A stretch of DNA of 64,000 bases. Origin: Octopus sinensis (lineage: Eukaryota). Where the stretch lies: positions 62,186,001 to 62,250,000 of the forward strand of contig NC_042998.1 in assembly GCF_006345805.1 (NCBI RefSeq), given 5' to 3'. Under the pieces are notes generated by a model that had not been told where the DNA came from, searched no databases, and was given only the letters and a program-made list of their open reading frames with translations. Numbering within the stretch: the first letter of the stretch is position 1; each line of letters begins with the position of its first letter. This document shows positions 41,486 to 53,440 of the stretch, piece by piece. The position numbers and the translations under genes were made by a program.

Positions 41486-41524
<39 letters not shown>

Positions 41525-42896
41525 ATACTTTATCAACATTTCTGAAGCTGATTGTAAAAGGTGTCAAAAAAAATTATAATTTAATTATTTTTTTCTTTTT
41601 TCCATTCCACTTTTTGAGTGCAGCTTGTTTCATTGATGAAGTGGTTAATTAATCACTGCTTATAAAATTCAAGTTCTATTGAATTAATATGATGAAATCA
41701 AATGGCTTTTCATGGCTTGTTTGTTTTTTGTTTTGTTTTCTTATCAAAAAAAATTAATATATACAACCAAAAATAAGACGAAAACACGTTGGCTGTCTAC
41801 ATGATTTGTGGGAGATCCTTCATTTGTTTGAGAACTTTTGCTATTTGTACTACTTTTGGTCTTTTACTCCTAACTGCCAGTGGACTGTGCCATCTGGGAG
41901 ACTACCTCAACTAAAAAAAAAAGCAATGAACAAAGGAAAAAAACAATTTTGCTATAATTTCTATGTTTGTACTTTCATACTTGTAATTATGGTAATTCAA
42001 TAATTTTTTCCTTCTTCTCTTTTACAATATTATTATTATTATTATTACAGTGGATTGGTGGAAATGTTAGAGTGTTGTACAAATTCCTTAGTAGGATTTG
42101 TTCTAGCGCTTTACATTCTGAGTTCAAATCCTGCCGAGGTCAACTTTGCCTTTCATCCCTCTGGGATCAATAAAAATAAAGTACCAGGTAAATACTGGAG
42201 TTAGTTTGATTCTCTTCTGCAGAATTTCAGGCCTTGTGCCTGTATTAGAAACATTATTAAAAGAGTTGGAGGTGGGTGAGACTGCAGAGAACTAAATAAT
42301 GCGATGTGAGTTTTATTCCTTCCCATCGTCATCTTAGCTTTCATTTTATTAAAGTAAGTAAATAAGGAAGATGATTTCAATTTGATTCAGTATAAACTTT
42401 TACCTCTATCCACTTAAGCTATTACAACAGTGTGAGAAATCACAATTCTTCGTCTTTTTCTTTTCTTTTGATTTGGAGTTTTTATTATTTATCTTGTCAG
42501 ATATATCAATACTAACTCAACACCTGCCCTTACTGTGGTTATTTAAACACACACATTTTAACCATTTGTAATATTTTGCTTAAAATTTCTCTAAAAAACA
42601 AATTTTTTTATAGAATATTTATATAGCAAAATTGACAAAGGAGGGTTAGGGATTTAGAGGTGAAACTTTGTGCTAAAAGTTAAGATTTATGTGTGTATAT
42701 ACACACACACACACACATATAATATATATATATATATATATATAAAGATATTTGTTTTGATTGCTGGATATAATACAAATAGCAGTTTGATTAGTAGAAT
42801 AACTTTCTGTCAGTTGTTAACAAATAGAAAATTTAACGACTCTAACATTTGGTGAATGTTCTTAGTCTGTTGAAGACTTCAGAATACAGTATTTAC

Positions 42897-42947
<51 letters not shown>

Positions 42948-42949
42948 TG

Positions 42950-43501
42950 CAGGAAGTAAATAGACACTTTTAATTTTCAAAAGCATTTATTTGATATTAA
43001 TTGGTTGAAGGAGAGGTTTTCTTCTAGCTGCTCGTCCATAATACCCAAGCGTATGCAGATATGTAACACATGTTCTTGAACATTGCTGTTTTGCAATGTC
43101 AGAAGCCTTCGAACGAGGTTCGTTTTCCACAATTCTCTTCAAACAGCGAAGCTTCCTTTCCGAGGGCCCAGGTAGGCTGGGACAAGAATCTGTTGATTCT
43201 TTTCCTTGACTTTTGAATTGCACTATAATTCTATTAACAGTAACAAGAGGAATTTGAAGATTTTTGGCAATTTTTCGCTGGCTAAGACCAACCTCAGATT
43301 GCCCAATAATATGACCTCTTTGAAAATCTGACAGTTCTGCTGAATTTTTTGTGCGTGGCATGGTTACTCTTTGCAAATGTTTAATATAATGGCACTTGGA
43401 ATGAAAAAGAATAATTACATTGTAAATTCTACACCGTTGAAAGAATATTAAGACGCTTAGATCAGAAATTTTGAAAATTAAAGGTGTCTATTTACTCTCT
43501 G
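42950..43501 (-). mobile_element. Tc1-like element lacking the catalytic domain
   Basis: About 33-bp TIRs; ORF 42987-43376 encodes the Tc1 N-terminal HTH region (ELSDFQRGHIIG...SQRKIAK...LGYYGRAARRKPLL), abutting the TIR with no DDE domain. Confidence 0.9.
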
Positions 43502-44490
43502 CATGTCTGTGTATATTGTGTAGTTATATAAACTTAGATTGAGAGTACAATAAGTTTTTACTTAAGTCAGCAATTCAGTGATGAAATGATAAAATTAACA
43601 CATTGAATACTCTTGTTTGAAGAAGTCCACAATGTATCTCCTCTCTCCAGCTATTTCATGTGTATATATATATGATGTGCTCACACACACACACATATAT
43701 TGACCCTGTTGTAATTTGACCTCTGGTTTCTCCGGAATAACCATATCTCTTCAAATTTGTGTGTTAATATCCTTCTGTCTCGTTTACCAAACATGGCAAA
43801 CTTCATGTCTATTGATAAATATGAGACCTTATCACTTTACTAATTAAAACAGCTTCTCTCCACCACCACCACCACCACCACCTTCTCTCTTCAACAGTTC
43901 AAAAACAAAAAGGTGCAAGCTTTTGAGTGTGTGTGTGTGCGTTGCAGGAATATATTGTCATCATTCTTTGCAAGATTATCATTAATAATGACCATTCTAA
44001 TCCTGCTTATTTTTGGTCTAAACACCCATTTGTAAACCATTCTTGCATTTCCTAGTGTAATTTCTCATTTATTTATGTGAATACAAGATCTTGCATTCTT
44101 TCCTTTTCTCTTATTTCCTCTTTATGCTTAGCATTTCTCATATACATAAATATATATATAGTGTATATTTTTAAAGTTTATTTATATACATCTGAAAAAT
44201 TGCAACTTTTGCATACGACAGAATTTTCTATTGAAATTAAAATATGACTTTTCTTCTTTCATGTGAGAACCTTCATAAGGTTTGACATTTAAAAAAAAAA
44301 TTTTTTTCATTTCCCAGCTGAGTTTCATCTTAAACCTTTTTCTCCCCTCTTTGTAAACGTTAGGTGCAATGAAAACCCAATTCTGTGCATTGCATGTTTT
44401 CCTAACTGGTGTGTGTTTATTTGTTATGCTCTACTTCCTTACAAATGTGATTTGTATCGATACTCTTCTTACAAAGAATTAAAATTCTTC

Positions 44491-44538
<48 letters not shown>

Positions 44539-44787
44539 GGTAAAATAAGGAAAAAAATTGAGGCAAGAGTGTTAGAGGTTACAGCTGTTTCATAATCCAC
44601 TCAGAGTTACATCACTCTACAGTGATTACTGTTTGCACATCCCAGATTTTCAGTTGCATGGTTCTGTCACATTATGTTGGACTTCAATTATCTTTGTTAC
44701 TTGATAGCTGGGTCTTCACAGTGCTTACAGTGGGTTTTGCTTTATAATTTGAATCCAATGCTTATATATTGTGTATATATGTGTATG

Positions 44788-44844
<57 letters not shown>

Positions 44845-45569
44845 CACACATACGTATGTGTGTATTTATATTTACCAATTAATTTTGGTGACTTTTGTCC
44901 AGTGATTTAATGTTAATAAAACAGCTTCCCCACCCTTCATTTCTTCAAGCACAAAGTATTGTGTGTTTTTGCAACAAGGAAGTTCCTGCTTCTCTCTCTC
45001 TCTCTCTCTCTCTGTGCATGAGTGTAAAATCACATGTTGTTTGAGAGATGATTGCATTGAATAGTCTTCCATAATGGATAATATACTTCCTTGCTCATTG
45101 TCAGTCCTCAATATTTTTTTATGAAACAATGTTTTATGTGTTGTTTGTTATACATTTGACAATTCTTGTTTGTTTGTTTCTTTCTTTTTTCTTTTCCATT
45201 TTTCTTTTCCATTTTTCTGATTAAAGAAAAAAAAATAATAAAATTAAATTAAAAAAAAAACAAAACGAATCCTGCAAATTGTTTTCTTGGCAGTTCTTTA
45301 TTTCATATTTATCATGATCAAATATTCATTTTGTTTATAATGTCATACCTCTTTAAGGATGGACAGTGATGCTGGAAAAAAAACCCACTAGATTAGTTAC
45401 ATTTAATATCATCATCATCCTTTAATGTTTATCTTCATTGCTGGCATGGGTTGGACAGTTTGACAGGAACTGGCAAGACAGAGGGTTACACCATGCTCCA
45501 CTGTTTTGGCATGGTTTTTACAGCTGGATGGATGCTCTTCCTGACACCAACCACTTCACAGAGTGGATT

Positions 45570-45812
45570 AGTAGCCCGTGTGAGATTATGGAAAAGTGCT
45601 TCTTGAGTTTACTCAAGATGTGCTTGAATGTATTTCCCACCCGAGAGACCTTGACATGTGGGAGCCAAGGGGACTCCATGTGTCCAAGGTGTAAAATAGG
45701 GGCAGAGACGATCTCCCACATCAGTGGAGTTTGTGGCGCTCTTAAAGGGCCATGACTTACCAGGCATAACAAAATTTGTAGCCTGGTAGCAAAAGAAGCT
45801 GCAGATTATGGT
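45570..45812 (+). mobile_element. R2-like (RLE non-LTR) retrotransposon fragment with CCHC knuckle
   Basis: LKM(C)LNVFPTRETL...CPRCKIGAETISHISGVC...LTRHNKICSLVAKEA...G; one internal TGA is explicable by CGA decay. Confidence 0.8.
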
Positions 45813-46268
45813 TGCCAATGAGGTCTGTTTTGGCACGGTTTTCATGGCTGGATGCCCTCACATCACCAGATATTATCATCAATCCTTGGACATTATTGTC
45901 TTTAAGTCCTTGAACTCCTAGGGCCTCTTACTCAGCCTCCATGGCATTTAAGTGTCTGAAATCACATCATTCCCCCTGTATAGGTTGCCAGTCTTGTGTA
46001 GGGTTGTTCTATTACAGCTCAGTGGAGTGGAGCAACATGAAATAAAGTACTTTGTTGAAGAACACAATGCACTGCCTGGTTCAGGAATCGAAACTGCAAT
46101 CTTGCAATCATGAGTGCAACAACCTGAACCACTAGGCCACACACAGTCACTTCCTGGGGTTACTGAAATAAAGTACCAGTTAAATACTGGAGTTCTGCGT
46201 AAGTCAGAAACCATTATGCAATGTACATTTTCATCCAAGTTTACATTCCGACTTCAAATTCCACCAAG

Positions 46269-46393
46269 GATGGATATTTGTCCTCATCTTGTTTGTTGCT
46301 AACAAACGTGTTAATAACAAACAAGATGAGGACAAATATCCATCAAATGTAAATAATGTACATAATTCCTCATCTCTTAAATATAGAACTGCA
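46269..46393. mobile_element. Collapsed palindrome of the hammerhead element
   Basis: 36-bp arms 46269-46304 and 46309-46344 (34/36 complementary) around aacg, followed by the 3' tail ...ttaaatatagaactgca. Confidence 0.85.
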
Positions 46394-46635
46394 TTATACA
46401 ATGGTTTTAAATTATGGTACAAGGCCAGCAATTTTGGAGGAGAGAATAAGTTGATTATATCAACCCTAGTAATCTACGGGTAATTACTTTAATGAGTGCG
46501 AAAGGATGAAAGGCAATATCGACCTTGGTGGAATTTGGAGCCAGAATGTAAACTTGGATGAAAATTCACAAAGCACTTGCCTGGTGTGCTAACAATTCAG
46601 CTAGCTCGCTGCTGTAGAAAGCATGTTCTTTTATT

Positions 46636-48216
46636 ATTTTACTTGTTTCAGTCATTTGACTGTGGCCATGCTGGAGCACCACATTTAGCCGAACAAATCG
46701 ACCCCAGGACTTATTCTTTGTAAGCCTAGTACTTATTCTACCGATCTCTTTTGCCGACCAACTAAGTTACAGGGATGTAAACACACCAACATTGGTTGTC
46801 AAGTGATGGTAGGGGAACAAACAAACACACACACACATGTGCATATATATATATATGTATGTATCTGTAGAAAAGGAGTAGGTAGAAACTCCAGAAGATT
46901 TACCCAGTGTAAGCTTTGGACCCATAAGAGGTGCTGCAACATCAAAGGAAAATTGACCGAGAAGATAGCTTTCGTGTGCGGCAGATACACAGGAGCAATA
47001 GACACCACAGATACTCAGAAAACAGATTCTATCACACTCCAGGGGGAGAAACTAGAAGTAGTTGATAGTTTTCGCTACCTAGGTGACCAAGTTAGTAGTG
47101 GAGGTGGGTGCTCAGAGAGTGTCACCACTAGAATACGAATAGCCTGGGCAAAGTTTAGAAAGCTTCTACCCTACTGGTGACAAAGGGTCTCTCACTCAGA
47201 GTGAAAAGTAGATTGTACGACGCACATGTGCGAACTGCCATGCTTCATGGTAGTGAAACATGGGCTGTGACTGCATGGGCTTGAAAGAAATGAAACTAGC
47301 ATGATCCACTGGATGTGTAATTGTCAGTGTGCACACACGACAGTGTAAGCACCCTGAGAGAAATGCTGGACATAAGAAGCATTGGATGTGGCGTGCAAGA
47401 GAGACTTTTGCGCTGGTATGGTCATGTACAACAGATGGATGAGGAGAGATGTGTGAAGAAGTGCCACTCCCAAACAGTTGAAGGAATCCGGGGTAGAGGT
47501 AGACCCAGGAAGACATGGGATGAGGTGGTCAAGCATAACGTTGGTCCTCACAGAAGCAATGACAAAAGACTTAGATCTCTGGAGACATGCTATGACTGCA
47601 AAGACCTGACAAATAATGTGAGTTCATGGCTGTTTCCTGCAACAGCTTCACATAGCAGCCACAGCCCATCAAAAGTACCTTGGATCGTAGAACGGCCTGC
47701 CGTGCTTACCTTGGATTGTAGGGCGACCTGCTGTGCTTGGGGAGACCTATTGAGTCAAGTACATCAACATCAAATGGAAATTGCAGTTGGATACCTGTGC
47801 CAGTGGCACATAAAAAGCACCATCTGAACGTGGCTAATGCTAGCGCCACCTTGACTGGCTTCCATGCAGGTGGCATGTAAAAAGCACCAATCGATTGTGA
47901 CTGTTGCCAGCCACCCCTGGCACATAAAAAACATCCACTACACTCAGAGTGGTTTGCGTTAGGAAGGGCATCCAGCTGTAGAAACACTGCCAGATCAGAC
48001 TGGTGCATCCCAGACCCGGTCAAATCGTCCAACCTATCCTAGCATGTAAAACGGATGTTAAACGATGATGATATATGAACTTCTTTCAGTTTCTGTCTAC
48101 CACATCCAGCCACAAGGCTTTGGTCTGCCTGAAGCTGTAGTAGAAGACACTTGCCCAAGGTTCCACACAGTGGGACTGAACCCAGAACCATGTGGTTAGG
48201 AAGCAACTCCTGCATC
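46636..48216 (-). mobile_element. SINE family A split by the RTE at 46861
   Basis: Tail 46636-46830 and head 48075-48216 flank the LINE. Confidence 0.8.
46861..48071 (+). mobile_element. 5'-truncated, frameshifted RTE LINE with PHD-like finger in the RT region
   Basis: CRKGVGRNS..TQCKLWTHKRC, EVVDSFRYLGD, RIRIAWAKF, LYDAHVRTAMLHGSETW, LLRWYGHVQQM, GRGRPRKTWDEVVKH; inserted in the (TA)n core of a minus-strand SINE. Confidence 0.93.
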
Positions 48217-49160
48217 TATAATGTCCTGTGCCAGCTGTTGATCATTCCAATGGTCAATCCAATAACTTGACATTTAAAAGATGAATGATGGAATGTGGTG
48301 TGACTGAAGGAATCTGTTCAATCATTTATTAAGCATGGTTAGTGTTGGGTGGTTACAAAGTTCACTTTGCAATCAAGTGGTTTCAAGTTCAATCCCATTG
48401 CCAGCATGTTTGAGTGTGTGCGTGAGTGAATGTTGTTTCTGCATCACCTCATTAACACCATCCATCTATCCATTGTCTCTACCCACAATTCGTCTTGCGA
48501 TTCTTTCCTGCAACATTCTCCAGTAACCAAATGCTCTGCAGTTCTGCAGGGGTGTAAATATCTGTTATCATTCATCTTTAACTTGTTTCAGCCATTTGAC
48601 TACAGCCATGCTGGAGCACTACCTTGAAGAATTTTTGATCAAATGACTCAACCCCAGTGCTTAAATATATTCTTTTTTGAAACCTGGTAGTTATCCTATT
48701 GGTCTCTTTTGCTGAACTCCTAAATTATGGGGATGTAACCACACTAACACTGGTTGTCAAATGGTGGTGGGAGATAAACACATATACACGCACACTATAT
48801 ATATATATATATATATATACAAAATTAAGAGGAATGACCACCAAGGTGGACTCCTAATATGCTAAAGATAGACATCAAATCACCTTACCATGAAGAGTGT
48901 GCTCTCAAGAAAAAATTTCAGCAAAATGCTAGAATGTAAAAATGAGCAAGACAAATGAAAATATACAAAATAAAAAATAATTACCTATGTACCAATGGTT
49001 TCACTCGTTAATATTCACGAATGTAAATACTGCAAGCTCATCACAAAACACAATTTCCAGAACTAGACACAGAACGCTCACCCAAAATATGCTAAGCCAC
49101 TGGATTTAATTGATTAATATCAATTTCTACCCTCATTATTTAATTCATATATATATATAT

Positions 49161-49632
49161 CATCATCATCATCGTTTAACGTCTGTTTTCCATGCTAGCA
49201 TAGGTTGGACAGTTCGACCAGGGTCTGAGAATCCACGAGGCTGCAGCAGGCTCCAGTCTGATCTGGCAGTGTTTCTACAGCTGGATGCCCTTCCTAATGC
49301 TAACCACACAGTGAGTGTAGTGTGTGCTTTTTATGTGCCTCTGGCACTGGGCCATGGGAGGCTGGAAACGTCTACGATCAGTTGGTGCCTTTTATGTGCC
49401 ACCAGCACAGATGCCAGTCAAGGCAGCGCTGGCATCGGCCATGTTTGGATGGTGTTTTTTTATGTGCCACTGGCACAGGTATCACAACTGCAATTTCCAT
49501 AAAATTTTTATTTTGATGTTGATGTGCTTGACTCAGTAGGTCTCCTCAAGCACAGCTGGTCGCCCTACCATCCAAGGTAAGCACAGCAGGCCGTCCTGTG
49601 AGCCACGAACTCACTTCATTTGTCGGGTCTTC
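49161..49632 (-). mobile_element. RTE 3' end (subfamily of 46861) inserted in (TA)n
   Basis: (CAT)n at 49161; 3' UTR matches 47690-47800 in reverse; (TA)n on both sides. Confidence 0.85.
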
Positions 49633-51364
49633 ATATATATATATATATATATATATTTGTATGTGTATATATATATATATGAAAAGGATGTGTTATAACA
49701 CTATTCCACATATACAATAGCAGCCATACCAACAATCCAACATACCTCCATCAACAGATGCCCCACAGATATCATTATGGTTTTAACATTTGGGCATTAC
49801 CATTCAATCCGGCAGTGTTGACAGCACTAAAAGAAGTGTTGTTTGGGAACAAACATACCAAAAAAGAAAAAGATAAAAAAACAGCTTTGAAACACATTTA
49901 CCCTATGTACAACAGTATTCATGCTAAATATAGGCAGGATTAAACACTAAATTTAAAATCAAACTACAACAAGAAACACATAAATCTATGTCTATCTGTA
50001 TCGATATTAATAGTAAACCTGCAATAACTAAATTGTTTATTAAATTGCAACCAAACTTTAGGTCCCTACAAATAATGATCCCATTAGTCTTCCATAGTTA
50101 CTGCTATAATACCATAAAGTGAAAGCTTTGTTTTAATTCTCTCCAATATATATATATTGTTGCTATTATGTTAAACTGTTGTATGTCCAACTTTGGCCAA
50201 ATGTGTTGTTTTTTCAATACTTATTTTTGCTTATAATAGCTGGTTCTTTTGGTCAAACTGTCTTATCTCCAGCTGGTTCAGATGCCAAGATACCCAAAAT
50301 TATCAAAGTGTTGTACAATGGTTTTGCTACGGAATAGTGAAACTATTTTTCCGTTTTCTGAAAAGGCAATGTTTTAGACTTACAACACTTTTGCATAATA
50401 GCAATGATATATATATATATATATTTACTTTTTCTTTTACCTTAAATATTTAACATAATAAATGTGTTGTAGGAAATAATCCTAATGTTTTAAGTTTCAA
50501 ATTTAGTTAATGGATTTTTTTCTATAAGAAAAATTATTATTTTATTTATTTTTTAAATAAATATTGTTTAACTCTATTTGCTTATTTATTTAACTGTTAT
50601 TGTTAACCTGAAGATTGACTATAATTTTAAATTGAATTTATTTCAATAAAATTTAAATTTAATTGTAATTCGAATTTAATTGTAGCCATGAAACGTACAT
50701 AGTTTTTTTTACTTATTATATATTGATTATTCATTTTTATACGTTTTGAGATCTAGTTATATGTTATATAAAAATATATTTTATTTGTTATTTATGGTTT
50801 GGTTTATGTCTATCACTGTTTGAGTTGCATAATAGTGGTTTTATCTCTAATTTATATTATGTATATATAAATTAAATAGAAAGATACTGACATACAAGTA
50901 AATTTATTTTATGACTTTTTAAGAAGTAGGTTAAGCAAAATAAACAGAAGTGGATTTTCGTCTGTTATCTTGGGTATAGAATTAATACTGATAACAACTC
51001 TACTGATAATAAAGTACAGAAGACTTTGGATTGCATGTGTTGCAATTCAATTTGTTATGTGCAATAAAGATAAAGGATTTCTTTTGATATGGGACAGGAT
51101 TAGAGAATCAAAGAATATTTCAGTGAATATGGAGACTCTCAGGTGTGGATCATGTCATACCACCAACGGTCTGCAGTGACCATGTTCAGAGTACTTAACA
51201 ATAGTACAATAATTTGTTAATTCACAAAGCTGCATCATCATCATCACCTTCCTATTTCCCCCTTCTCCTCCTCCTTTTTTCTTCATCTCCTCTTCTTCCT
51301 ATCCCCCTCCTCCTCTTCCTTCTAAAGTCTTGCTCCCTTATATCATTCACCAGTTGTCCCTTGC

Positions 51365-51480
51365 TCTCTGGAAATTGAACAAAAAATTTGTCATTGCATT
51401 TGACATCAGTAAAGTGCTTACGTGCATCTGGAAGAAAATCTTTGGCTAATTTGCCTGCACATGGGCTTCACCTGTTTTGT
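51365..51480 (+). mobile_element. Old LINE RT fragment (CR1/Jockey-like)
   Basis: FVIAFDISK..WKK/SLANLPAHGLH resembles ALDISKAFD.VWH..L..KLP.YG. Confidence 0.4.
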
Positions 51481-52353
51481 TTACATGAGCTGCCAAGAAG
51501 AAATGTGCTTGGTTTTATAATAAGTGAAGGTAACCAAACTTGGAAAATGGATTTTATGAACAAACACGTTCAGTTGATACTAAAGTCAGTGCTAACATAT
51601 TTGATGTAATGAACCAAGTTACATGATGGTTGTTGATAAAGAATTTGAATTAGAAAAATGTGACTGAGAGGCTGAAGTTACATGACTGTTGTTGGTAAGG
51701 AGATTGAATACAATCAAATCAATATAACCAAAATAGAAGAGGTAGATTTGTGGGAGAGATGCAGTACATGAGGATAATGGGAGTAAGAACATAATTGAAA
51801 AGAATGAGAGAGAGAGAGGAAGGGAGAGTGAGAGGAGCTATAGGATGGCTGGTTGATGGAAGAGAGACAACTACAAGGTCAAAATGGCAAATAAAGATAC
51901 ATAAAAGCAGGGGAAGCAACTGAACCATCAGGGAAAGTAGAAGAGGGACTAAGTCACTTGCACAGTTAGCCAAGTATTTCAGGAATGAGTCATTCCCCTT
52001 GGCTAGTGTATTATCATTATCATCATCATCAACTACTACTACTACTACTACTTCAACAGTAAAGCATATGTTCTTGAACGGAACAACAAAAAAGGTGTCA
52101 AATTGGGGGACTAAGTTATGAAAGTAACAGAAAGAGTTATGGCACAACAGATGAAGAAGAAAATTCAGATGAGCTGCAGCTTGTGTCGGGACAGGGACCA
52201 ATGTGGCTATCTCCTTAGTTTGATTCCAAGTAGTGAATAATAATAATAATAATAATAATAGTAATAATAATAATAATAAGTGTTACCTTAGTTCACTGGT
52301 AGTGAACAGCTGACACTGTAGTACATCCCCAGCATTAGAAACTGTGCAAAGGC

Positions 52354-52540
52354 AATGATAATAATAACATCAAAAAATACCTTAGGAATGAGAACCCAGG
52401 TTCGAAATTTCCCCAAGACACCTGATGAAGGCCGGAAAGTATATCAACCGAAACGTTGTGTTAACAACAAAGACGATGAGGACAAATATCCGTCAAATGT
52501 AAATAATGTACGTAATTCCTCATCTCTTAAATATAGAACT
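52354..52540 (+). mobile_element. Single headless arm of the hammerhead element
   Basis: (AAT)n-catc...gacacCTGATGAaggccggaaagtatatcaaccGAAAcgttgtgtt...atatagaact; stem II is weakened. Confidence 0.85.
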
Positions 52541-52689
52541 ATATTAAATGTAAATAAATCAGTGGCAGCTCATGTATAGGTACTGCAGAACTGTTGCACC
52601 CCCATTTCTACTTGATATTATCTATAACATTCAATATAATGAGTCCTTCTTTCTTCATATTTGTACATTATATAATCCTTAAGATTAAT

Positions 52690-53439
52690 GTCAGTGGACA
52701 TCCCCTAGGTTATGAAAAAAATACAAAAGTCCTTGTATAGAACTGTGCGCTTCACAGTTGCAGCGATGTGGTGTTTGGCTGTTGTACACATTCTCCCATG
52801 TCTGAGATAGGAAGCTGCATGCTAAGGAGAGAGAGCACTGTGGTTCACACAGTGCCGACCCTGGTGTGCTGGTGTAAGGTAGTGTTTCTTTTTGACTCCT
52901 CTTGTGTTGTGCTTAAAAACGTGTTTATATTCTTGAAATATGATAAAGTGTAGAATTGGATTAGTATCCTACTTCCAGCTAGTGTTGTTGCCAGTGTAAG
53001 AAATAAGAACGCACAAGGTCGCATTGTGTAGGGAATACGATCGCACGTGGTCATATTCTTAACGAATTATTATAAGCCATAAATACAATGCAGTACCAAA
53101 AGAACATAGGTGAATTGACGACAAAGCCGTTCCACTGTTTGAGAGAAGATAAGATTTTATTTACAATTGGTGTTAAGGTTAGAAGGTTGTGAGTGCTAGC
53201 AAGTACGTGTGTGCATGTGTGTGACAGATACAATAAGGGTGAAAGCGTGTGACATAGTAGGTACAGAGCATAGAGTTAATGATGGAAATTGATTTACTGT
53301 TCATGAGGTACACGAAGTGTAAGCTTTCAATAACAAGATGTTGTGTCTCGGAGCTGAGATTAGTTGAATCACTTGTTGTGCTTATCTTTCTCTTGATATA
53401 GTATTCTTTCAGATATATATACTGCAACTGTTTTTCCAT
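52690..53439 (-). pseudogene. Frameshifted relic ORF with tyrosine-recombinase-like C-terminal motifs
   Basis: LTPAHQGRH...YLRH-GRMC-TT-AK-H, with upstream AYNNSLRI; several stops and frameshifts. Motif inspection only. Confidence 0.4.
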
Positions 53440-53440
53440 G

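Noticed and set aside
51719-52201. 160-aa minus-strand ORF
   Set aside because: Low complexity, includes microsatellite translations (VVVVVDDDD), and has no splice or homology support.
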